From: Bacteroidia bacterium
Lineage (GTDB): Bacteria > Bacteroidota > Bacteroidia > JAYUJA01
DNA: 43,703 bases
Direction of reading: 5' to 3'
Assembly: GCA_043765495.1 (NCBI GenBank)
Contig: JAYUJA010000009.1
Span: 1 to 43,703 of the forward strand
The notes beneath the pieces were generated by a model, which was not told the origin of the DNA, made no database searches, and saw nothing but the letters and a program-made list of their open reading frames with translations. Positions 31,031 through 38,633 of this stretch are shown here, piece after piece (the first letter of the stretch is position 1; every line of letters begins with the position of its first letter). A program made the position numbers and the translations under genes.

Positions 31031-31663
31031 ATGACTAACTTACTAAAAAGCTATGCCGAAACAGGCGATGTAGCAAATACACAGGTAGGAGAAGATTTTT
31101 TGAGTCCAATATTGAATTTCCAACAAAAAGCCAAAGCTACTTGGAAAACAATTACATTTAAGGCATTATGGGAAAATTATCCAAGCAGTACAGTGGAGCA
31201 TTTGGACACAAATAATAATGATATTTATAAAAACCATTGTGCCATTCATTTGAGTGAATCTCTTTTTCAAAGTGGTATAGAATTTATTGGTGATTGTAGT
31301 AAATATTCTTGTCCTAATGGTAGAAGTACCCATATTTTACTTGCAACAAGCCTATCAGTTAAAATTAATGTACAAACAAATGGTATAAAAAATATACTAC
31401 GAAAAGATCTTACTGGTGCAACGTATGAAGCCTATGTAAAAGATAAAACAGGGATAATTTATTTTGAAAACTACTGGAAAAGACCGCAGGAAACAGATGA
31501 AAAAAGAAGTGGTGATCATATAGATTTGTGGAATAAAAATGAACTGGCAAGTAATGGTGTGCTCAAAACTTGGTTAAGACAAGCCTTTCCATCAGTTGCG
31601 GAAAGATTGGGTTCATCTGATTTAACAAAATCTAAAAACGTAATATTTTGGGAAATAAAATAA
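31031..31663 (+). CDS. Tae4-family peptidoglycan amidase effector with shared 21-aa N-terminal leader
   Basis: TF..LW.NYP, NHCAI.LS (catalytic Cys), K.GIIYF.NYW, GDHIDLWN (catalytic His) and V.FWEI motifs; no Sec signal. Confidence 0.8.
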   Translation: MTNLLKSYAETGDVANTQVGEDFLSPILNFQQKAKATWKTITFKALWENYPSSTVEHLDTNNNDIYKNHCAIHLSESLFQSGIEFIGDCSKYSCPNGRSTHILLATSLSVKINVQTNGIKNILRKDLTGATYEAYVKDKTGIIYFENYWKRPQETDEKRSGDHIDLWNKNELASNGVLKTWLRQAFPSVAERLGSSDLTKSKNVIFWEIK

Positions 31664-31926
31664 TAACAAACCTGTTCTTCTTACTTATCTCAATGGTAAG
31701 TAGCATATTGATAGCCTTTGGCATTCTTACTTTAAGAAATGAGAATAAAATCGTTTCATTAATTTTCAATAAAGTTTTAAAATTGAAAAGAACTGCTCAT
31801 TATCAAGGAGAAAGTTTAGCAAATGAAATTTGGGACATTGGGTTATTTTATTTGTTACCTCTTGTTTTCATAATAGTATCCATAATAATTTACTTTTTAA
31901 GAAGATATTTCAAGAATAAGATGTAA
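31648..31926 (+). CDS. Small two-TM membrane protein, candidate immunity protein
   Basis: Overlaps the amidase stop (TTG start; alternative ATG at 31693); two hydrophobic segments; very AT-rich. Confidence 0.55.
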   Translation: MGNKIITNLFFLLISMVSSILIAFGILTLRNENKIVSLIFNKVLKLKRTAHYQGESLANEIWDIGLFYLLPLVFIIVSIIIYFLRRYFKNKM

Positions 31927-31976
31927 ATTACAATTAGTATTTGAGTACCATTTTTCAACCTTAAAACAACAATAGT

Positions 31977-33737
31977 ATGCCCAAAGATTTAAACACCCTC
32001 GTCCTAGAACGCCGTAGCGACCTTACCAACTGTGCTGGTGGCAAGCCCCTCATTACCTTTGGAGGTGGAGATGCCCCTGTACTGGATTATCGTATGCCAC
32101 AATCTACCTCGTTTGACACGTATAGCCCTGTAAAATTAGTTGTAAATGAAAAATGTTGGAGTGCCAAAGCCCTAAAAGTGTACCCGAATGCCTATGCCAA
32201 CCTTACACCATCACAAATAAGTGCAGTAGTAGCACAAAATAGTTCGCAAGTAGTAGATGCTAAACAACCCATTACCAACCTACTGCGTGCAGTAGCTCAT
32301 AACTTGCAAGCAATGGACGATTCCGTGCTTCGTCAAGCTAAAGATAAAGCAGATACCAAACCAAGCCCTACACCCGAAGCTACACCCGATACCGTGTTCC
32401 AGTTGTTCAAAAATGGATATACCGCCCGTTTCTTAAATAAGTTTAATGGCAAAGAACAAACCTTGCTTTTAGAACAACGCCCTACACAAGCAAACCCTAC
32501 ATTATTCGTATTACACAAGTACAAAACCAAATCTTTTTTAGGAAATTATGGTGCAGGGCAAACCATCAGTACATTTAGCCTTTTGCCAGGGGAGAAAACC
32601 ACCATTATAATTAAATCATTTAAAGAAATTTCAGAAGTAAAAACCTCGTCCAGTAATATTGTAGATAGTTTTAGCAAAGAAAGTGCCGATGAAATGGAGA
32701 ATTTGTTAGAGGCGGAAACTTCTACCAATCAATCCAATAGCAACACAGGTACACTCACCACCAACGAAGGCAAAACACGCACCGCAGAAGCCCATTTTGA
32801 TGTAAATGCAAGTTTTAAAATTGCGGGACAAGGTGGCAGTGCCAGTGCAGGCGGTAGCATCAATGGTACAAACTCATCAAACACTACCAATACCGTAAGC
32901 ACGTCTGCGACTTCTGCCCAAAATGCAAAAGATTTGCACAAAGCACTCGAAAAACACGTAAATAAAAGCAATGCCAACCGTACCCATACCATACAGCAAA
33001 GCGACACTACAAGCAGTAAAGAAACGTACGAGAACACCACCACCCGAGAAATAGTAAACCCCAACATAGGACGAGTACTTAATTTTGTATTCCGAAACCT
33101 AAACCAAGGCTATAAAGTGCTTACAAGTTTGGAAGAGATAAAAATAGGATTTACCAACGGACAACCCGAAAGCGAAATAATGGTAGATATAAGTCAGCTT
33201 GATTTTTTGCTAAATGAAGTCCTAAAAAACGATGCAGAAGGCGAAAAGTGCAAACAAACTTTACGGGATTACATTTTTTGCCAATACGGTACAGTTACAG
33301 ATTATAATGGTGTAGAACGCCCTTTTATCCAGCCTCATACCGAGGATAAACCTTGTGGAAATATTTCTTATTTCAGAAAAATACCCAAACTGCAATACTT
33401 TTACAACACCGTTACAGACGAAACAATAACCAAAGAACAAGCTGACGATAAAGGCGTAGCTGGCATATTAAAATTAGCTATGAATGGTGTGATACTCAAT
33501 GCCGATGAATTTGTACTAAAAACCGATGCCGTAATCATTGATGCCCTTTTGGGACACGCTTCTGCGTTAGACTGTTTTAATGCCAATGTTCAAGAAGAAA
33601 AGAAAAATGAATTACTACTCAACAACCTAAAACAAGAACTTGCTTTTGAGACATTGAAGCAAATAGCAGACCCCATAAAACGAGCCGAAATGTATGCCGA
33701 AATGTTTAACCCTCGCCAAACAATCAGCAAGCAATAG
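31977..33737 (+). CDS. Uncharacterised 586-aa protein with Ser/Thr-rich amphipathic core; candidate carrier or pore-forming translocase
   Basis: Long clean ORF. FLGNYGAG.T..TFSLLPGEKT and TTREI.N.N.GR.LNFVFR blocks flank a Ser/Thr/Asn-rich stretch; helical C-terminus; no signal peptide. Function is inferred only. Confidence 0.6.
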   Translation: MPKDLNTLVLERRSDLTNCAGGKPLITFGGGDAPVLDYRMPQSTSFDTYSPVKLVVNEKCWSAKALKVYPNAYANLTPSQISAVVAQNSSQVVDAKQPITNLLRAVAHNLQAMDDSVLRQAKDKADTKPSPTPEATPDTVFQLFKNGYTARFLNKFNGKEQTLLLEQRPTQANPTLFVLHKYKTKSFLGNYGAGQTISTFSLLPGEKTTIIIKSFKEISEVKTSSSNIVDSFSKESADEMENLLEAETSTNQSNSNTGTLTTNEGKTRTAEAHFDVNASFKIAGQGGSASAGGSINGTNSSNTTNTVSTSATSAQNAKDLHKALEKHVNKSNANRTHTIQQSDTTSSKETYENTTTREIVNPNIGRVLNFVFRNLNQGYKVLTSLEEIKIGFTNGQPESEIMVDISQLDFLLNEVLKNDAEGEKCKQTLRDYIFCQYGTVTDYNGVERPFIQPHTEDKPCGNISYFRKIPKLQYFYNTVTDETITKEQADDKGVAGILKLAMNGVILNADEFVLKTDAVIIDALLGHASALDCFNANVQEEKKNELLLNNLKQELAFETLKQIADPIKRAEMYAEMFNPRQTISKQ

Positions 33738-33739
33738 CT

Positions 33740-34555
33740 ATGGGAAATCTAATAAAAAGCTACGCCGAAACTGGCGATGTAGCAGATACGCAGGTGGGGG
33801 AAACTACCATTGCAGATACGAATAGAGTTTTGAATTTCTTTGCAAAAAATAAAGATACAATTCGCTTTGAAAATAAAACTATAAAATGGGATTTCGTACT
33901 CACTGATGCTATGATAAAAAATGGTATTGAAGGAAAATATGATAACGATAGAAATTGTCCTATGTGCTGCTTAAAAGCATTTGCTAGCAACTTATTAGTG
34001 TTATACCCTCATTTGAAAAAATCAGATATTAAGACAAATGATATTATGTCAACTGCTTTAAGCACTCTAAAAAAAGATGAACTCGTTTCTTCTAAAATCA
34101 AAGTTCCACCATTTTACCAAGGAAAGAGATTAACTTCTAAATCTCATTCCGAAGTTGCTTTGGAGGATATTGAGAGCAAAATAAGTGATAGACTTTTAGA
34201 ACTAACACCAGATAAATCTATTTGTGTATTTGCAGTAGGTATAGCGGCTGAATATCATTCAACTTTAATTATAGTTTCTAAAGATACAGAGTATGAAGTA
34301 GATTTAAGCGAGAATGGAACTGAACAAATTTATAGCACAACTAATGATAATCCTTTATTTGTATTCGTAGAAGATAATGGAGGATCTCGTTATTTCAATG
34401 CAAGCGACCTTGATAATAAAATCTCTGAATTTATCAATGGTGCATATGAATATTACAGAGGAGAGAAAGAAATCCAAGGGGCAAGAGGTGTTAATATAAA
34501 TATAGATTATAATTTAGATGCAAATGTTTATCAACTTTTTTATCCAAATCAATAG
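33740..34555 (+). CDS. Putative effector with shared 21-aa leader; possible papain-like Cys-His-acidic hydrolase
   Basis: Leader is 18/21 identical to that of 31031. CPMCC, VGIAAEYHSTLI and FVFVED could supply a catalytic triad. Starts 2 nt after the upstream stop. Confidence 0.55.
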   Translation: MGNLIKSYAETGDVADTQVGETTIADTNRVLNFFAKNKDTIRFENKTIKWDFVLTDAMIKNGIEGKYDNDRNCPMCCLKAFASNLLVLYPHLKKSDIKTNDIMSTALSTLKKDELVSSKIKVPPFYQGKRLTSKSHSEVALEDIESKISDRLLELTPDKSICVFAVGIAAEYHSTLIIVSKDTEYEVDLSENGTEQIYSTTNDNPLFVFVEDNGGSRYFNASDLDNKISEFINGAYEYYRGEKEIQGARGVNINIDYNLDANVYQLFYPNQ

Positions 34556-34558
34556 CCA

Positions 34559-35089
34559 ATGAAGAATAATTTAAAACTATATTTTGTGATTTCTATTTGT
34601 TTTTTATTTACTAATAAATGCTTATGTCAGATAGATTCATTAAATAAAAGTATCAAAAAGGAGTTTGTAAATAGTAAAATTATAAAGAAGAACATTAGTT
34701 TTTTTAAATCTAAATTAGATATTTGTTTCAAGAATCAAATATCTAATTACACAGCAGTAACTTATTATATTTTTAAAAAAATAAGGAGACAAAACGTAGT
34801 ATCTGTACTGACTTTTGATAATGACAGTATTGCAAATCTACAGTTTAATATTTTAGAAAAAGAAGCTAATTTTGTTAGACAAACTCGTAGAGAATTGTTC
34901 CAAGAAATTTGTTATCTACCATTTGGAGGTAATCAGTTTTATTTTGTAACTGTAAAAAGTAATAAAGTATATTTATTTGGCGACAATGGTGGTTATAATT
35001 ATTCATTTGATTTTGAAAATTACAATTTTCAAAAAGCAATTGAACGCCAAAATCCTGAATTATTTCTACTTGTAAAATGCCTAAACTAA
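34559..35089 (+). CDS. Exported protein, candidate immunity protein
   Basis: Signal-peptide-like MKNNLKLYFVISICFLFTNKCLCQ; 3 nt after the upstream stop; very AT-rich. Confidence 0.55.
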   Translation: MKNNLKLYFVISICFLFTNKCLCQIDSLNKSIKKEFVNSKIIKKNISFFKSKLDICFKNQISNYTAVTYYIFKKIRRQNVVSVLTFDNDSIANLQFNILEKEANFVRQTRRELFQEICYLPFGGNQFYFVTVKSNKVYLFGDNGGYNYSFDFENYNFQKAIERQNPELFLLVKCLN

Positions 35090-35107
35090 ACCTTTTTCAC
35101 TGCCACC

Positions 35108-35229
35108 AACATAGTATTTACGAAAAAGTGGCGGAGGGAAGTTATTGGTCTTTACTACTGTACCCAGCAGTGGTACTAAACCTGTGCTTTGTGCTTTCTA
35201 TCCCACTTCTTCGTAAATACTTGGACGTT
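35108..35229 (+). repeat. 122-bp palindromic element, copy 2 (attC-like recombination site)
   Basis: Direct repeat of 30830-30951; starts 18 nt after the last cassette stop codon. Confidence 0.85.
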
Positions 35230-35404
35230 GTATACAAATAGCTTTTTGATTTCCTTTTCTTGTGAAACACTCACTAGCTGTTTCGGGCGACTTCTTTTAG
35301 TTGCATCTATTATTTAATCCACTGCATAAAATAAAAGTATTAAAAAATGTTTTTTTCTATATTTGCACGCAATTAATAACTATTTTCTATAATAAATAAA
35401 AACA

Positions 35405-35971
35405 ATGAGTACTGAAAAAGCCAATCAATTAGTAGCTAATTCTAATCAGCAGATGGAAAAAGCGATTCAACACCTAGAAAGTGAATTAGCTAAAATACGA
35501 GCAGGTAGAGCCAACGCTTCTATGCTAGATAGCATCAACGTGGATTATTATGGCATGGTAGTGCCATTGAGCAATGTCGCTAATGTGAGCTCGCCAGATG
35601 CCCGCACCATCGTTATCCAGCCGTATGAAAAGAACATGTTTTCTCCGATAGAAAAAGCAATTATGATGTCTAACCTGAACCTAAATCCACAAAATGATGG
35701 CTTAGTAATCCGCTTAATCATACCACCACTTACCGAGCAAAGAAGAAAAGACCTATGCAAACTAGCCCGCCAAGAAAGTGAACACGCTAAAGTAAGTATC
35801 CGTAATATACGTAGAGATGTGAATGATGCTGTAAAAAAGCTTACCAAAGAAGGATTATCCGAAGATGAAGCCAAAGGGCTAGAAATAAAAGTACAGCAAA
35901 AAACGGACAGTTTTATCACCCAAATAGACAAATTAGCCGATACAAAAGAAAAAGATATTATGACTATCTAA
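35405..35971 (+). CDS. frr: Ribosome recycling factor
   Basis: IRAGRA, VDYYG, NPQNDG, PPLTE.RRK and SIRNIRRD motifs. TATATTTG at 35358-35365. Confidence 0.97.
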   Translation: MSTEKANQLVANSNQQMEKAIQHLESELAKIRAGRANASMLDSINVDYYGMVVPLSNVANVSSPDARTIVIQPYEKNMFSPIEKAIMMSNLNLNPQNDGLVIRLIIPPLTEQRRKDLCKLARQESEHAKVSIRNIRRDVNDAVKKLTKEGLSEDEAKGLEIKVQQKTDSFITQIDKLADTKEKDIMTI

Positions 35972-36016
35972 TGATACGTATTATTATGTATATTTGTGAA
36001 GTCATAAAAAAATCCT

Positions 36017-37570
36017 ATGAAAAAAAATTTATTCATTTGCCTTTTGTTAGTACTACAACAAGGCAGCCTATACGCACAGAACTGGAGTAGTAATATAGCC
36101 AATATTGTATATACTAAATGTACACAATGCCATAGAACAGGAAATATAGCACCTTTTGCACTAGAAAATTACCAACAAACCTATAATATGCGGTTTGCGA
36201 TACAGACTTCTATCAATGCAAAACGTATGCCTCCTTATCCTCCTGACCTTACCTACCAACGATACACACACGAAAGAGCCTTAACCAACAACCAACTACA
36301 AAGCCTAAACGACTGGATAAACGCTGGCGCACCCTCTGGTGATCTTGCACAAGCCCCAACTATGCCTAGCTATGAAAATAGTACAGGGCTAGGAATGCCA
36401 GATGTAACCCTACAACTGCCTACCTACACTTCTACCGCAGACTCTACTGATGTGTACAGAGTATTAGTAGTACCCACTGGTTTTACAGAAACAAAAAAAA
36501 TAAAAGCCATCGAAATAGTAGCAGGAAATTCGGAAATAGTACACCACGTATTAGTTTTTGAAGATGTAAATGGCGTGTGTAAAAGCAAAGATGAAGAAGA
36601 CCTAGAAGTAGGGTATAGAGCTACTGATGGAATGGTAAACAACCTATCTGCCGTATTCGTGGCAGGGTGGGCACCAGGAAGTAACGCACTGATAATGCCA
36701 ACTGGCATGTCGCAAAGGATACACAGTGGAGCAGACTTAGCCGTACAAATACATTTTCCAAGAGGCACTATTGGGCAGTCCGACAACTCTAAAATAAACA
36801 TATACTTCGCCGAAGATACCGACGAAAGAGAAGTATTATTCCAGCCGTTACTCATACATACCGCCCCTATACTCACCAATGGGCCATTATTCATACCAGC
36901 TAACGAAACCCGAGATTTCCATGAGCAATTCATAGTAGAACCGTTCACCGATTATAGTGTACTAGCTATCATGCCACACATGCACATGGTAGGCAGGACG
37001 ATGGAGATATATGCCCGCCCTTTCTTATCAAACTCTACTATACCATTAATAAAAATAGACAATTGGGATTTTAGTTGGCAAGGAATATACACTTTCCGAC
37101 AGCCTATAAAACTAGAAAGAGCTACTTCCATACACGCTTATGCACACTACGATAATACTACCAACAACCCGAATAATCCAAACAATCCGCCCCGTGATGT
37201 AAGAGATGGTGAAGCTACTACCGATGAGATGATGCTTACTTTTGTAGCATTTACAAAATACGAATCAGGAGATGAAAATATATGGCTAGAAGATACTACT
37301 ACTCTTTTTGCAAAAATAGAAGAAAGTAGCCTTCCTACATCTGCTATAAAACTATATCCGAACCCCGCTAATAATCTAGTACACCTACAACAAAAAGAAG
37401 ATGCCCTAGCTACAATTTCTATCTACGATGTACTGGGCAAACTAGTAAAACAACAAACTACCAATACAGCCGAAACAAACATAGATATTTCTACTTTTGC
37501 AAAAGGCGTGTATACGCTTCAATTCGTAAATAGTAAAGGCAATAAGAATATAAAATTCGTAAAAGAATAA
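36017..37570 (+). CDS. Secreted copper type II monooxygenase-like protein with N-terminal CxxCH motif and T9SS sorting domain
   Basis: CTQCH...IAPF.L, MPPYP, VHHVL, QIHF, PHMH, WDFSWQ..Y and DEM motifs; C-terminal LYPNPA...IYDVLGK...KGVY...KFVKE. Confidence 0.8.
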   Translation: MKKNLFICLLLVLQQGSLYAQNWSSNIANIVYTKCTQCHRTGNIAPFALENYQQTYNMRFAIQTSINAKRMPPYPPDLTYQRYTHERALTNNQLQSLNDWINAGAPSGDLAQAPTMPSYENSTGLGMPDVTLQLPTYTSTADSTDVYRVLVVPTGFTETKKIKAIEIVAGNSEIVHHVLVFEDVNGVCKSKDEEDLEVGYRATDGMVNNLSAVFVAGWAPGSNALIMPTGMSQRIHSGADLAVQIHFPRGTIGQSDNSKINIYFAEDTDEREVLFQPLLIHTAPILTNGPLFIPANETRDFHEQFIVEPFTDYSVLAIMPHMHMVGRTMEIYARPFLSNSTIPLIKIDNWDFSWQGIYTFRQPIKLERATSIHAYAHYDNTTNNPNNPNNPPRDVRDGEATTDEMMLTFVAFTKYESGDENIWLEDTTTLFAKIEESSLPTSAIKLYPNPANNLVHLQQKEDALATISIYDVLGKLVKQQTTNTAETNIDISTFAKGVYTLQFVNSKGNKNIKFVKE

Positions 37571-37582
37571 AACATAAAACAT

Positions 37583-37617
37583 AAATGGCTATCTTACTTA
37601 CAAGATAGCCATTTTTT
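37583..37617. terminator. Intrinsic terminator between convergent genes
   Basis: AAATGGCTATCTT-loop-AAGATAGCCATTT followed by Ts. Confidence 0.8.
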
Positions 37618-37654
37618 GTTTTTGTAAAAATACGTTGTAATGCTTTATTTTTGT

Positions 37655-38128
37655 TTAGATATGATGGTAAGGGCTATGGTTCAAAATAGAATAGGCTCTA
37701 TACACTTGCTCTACTAATAATAAACGAACCATCTGATGCGAAAAAGTCATAGCAGAAAGAGAAAGCATGCCATCTGCCCGCTGGTAGATATTCTCACTGA
37801 ATCCATACGCCCCTCCTATTACTAGTGTAACTTGCTTATTAGACTGTAATTGCCATTTCTCTATTTGTTCTGAAAACTGTAAAGAAGTGTACGATTTTCC
37901 GTTTTCATCTAATAGTATTATTTTTTCAGTAGGAGAAAATTCTTGTAACAATAGTTTTGCTTCGGCTTGCTGTAGCTGTGGGATAGATAAGCTGTGTGCT
38001 TGTTTTATTTCAGGTAATGTTTTTACTTCATACGGAACATAATTTTTTAATCTTTTTAGATAAATATCTATTCCTTCTTGTAAGTAAGATGCTTCTGTTT
38101 TTCCTATCCACACTATTTTAATTTTCAT
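37655..38128 (-). CDS. rlmH: 23S rRNA (pseudouridine1915-N3)-methyltransferase
   Basis: IGKT, Y.KRL, LDENGK, IGGAYG and SLS.MTFSHQMVRL.L.EQ.YRA......PYH motifs. Confidence 0.96.
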   Translation of the reverse strand: MKIKIVWIGKTEASYLQEGIDIYLKRLKNYVPYEVKTLPEIKQAHSLSIPQLQQAEAKLLLQEFSPTEKIILLDENGKSYTSLQFSEQIEKWQLQSNKQVTLVIGGAYGFSENIYQRADGMLSLSAMTFSHQMVRLLLVEQVYRAYSILNHSPYHHI

Positions 38129-38622
38129 TTTTTTGCTTTCTTTTTAGATTTTTTTGCTTTCGTATTTTTCGTATTTTTCTTCTTTTTCGTGATTTTTGTA
38201 ATCTTTACTTTACTACTTTTCTTTTTTGGTATCGTCGTTAGTTTTTTCTTATTTTCTTTTACTTCTATTCCTATTACTTCGTAGTCTATTTTTGCCCTTC
38301 CAGCTTTTACCATATCTAGCTCATTAGCAGCTTTTTTAGTTAGGTCAAAGCAAGCAGTAGACTTCATGTGCATGCGGTCGTTTACACGTACTACGATGGA
38401 TTTTTGGTTTGCTTTATTCGTGATTTTTACTTTCGTACCAAAAGCCATCGTTTTGTGTGCTGCTGTGTAGCCACTGTGTCGGAATATTTCGCCTGTAGCC
38501 GTCTGCCGTCCTTCAAATTTTGGAGCATAGTAAGTAGCTGTACAGTTTTGAGCCATTAAGCCATTACCCATTCCAATAAATAGGAAACCAGTTATTAGAA
38601 GTATTTTTGTTATGAAATGCAT
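38125..38622 (-). CDS. RlpA-family (DPBB) lytic transglycosylase with Lys-rich tail
   Basis: ATYY...F.G..TA.GE, TAAHKT..FGT.V.ITN, V.VNDR and DL.K.AA..L motifs; no SPOR domain. Confidence 0.85.
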   Translation of the reverse strand: MHFITKILLITGFLFIGMGNGLMAQNCTATYYAPKFEGRQTATGEIFRHSGYTAAHKTMAFGTKVKITNKANQKSIVVRVNDRMHMKSTACFDLTKKAANELDMVKAGRAKIDYEVIGIEVKENKKKLTTIPKKKSSKVKITKITKKKKNTKNTKAKKSKKKAKK

Positions 38623-38633
38623 GAACTATTTTT

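Larger units (their letters stand above)
30950..35227 (+). mobile_element. Putative 4,278-bp gene cassette between attC-like sites, carrying a five-gene toxin/immunity module
   Basis: Direct-repeat offset is 4,278 bp. The left end GTTGGTGGCAATGAAAAA is nearly complementary (one mismatch) to TTTTTCACTGCCACCAAC at the right end. Codon usage differs from flanking genes. No integrase in the window. Confidence 0.65.

Noticed and set aside
31031-35089. Calling the locus a T6SS cluster
   Set aside because: Only a Tae4-like domain is present; there are no structural, VgrG, PAAR or Hcp genes in the window. A T6SS elsewhere in the genome cannot be excluded.
30830-35229. Composite transposon or prophage att-site interpretation of the 122-bp repeats
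   Set aside because: No transposase, integrase, phage genes, tRNA end or target duplication is visible. The palindromic AAC...GTT geometry fits a cassette better, though a MITE origin is not fully excluded.
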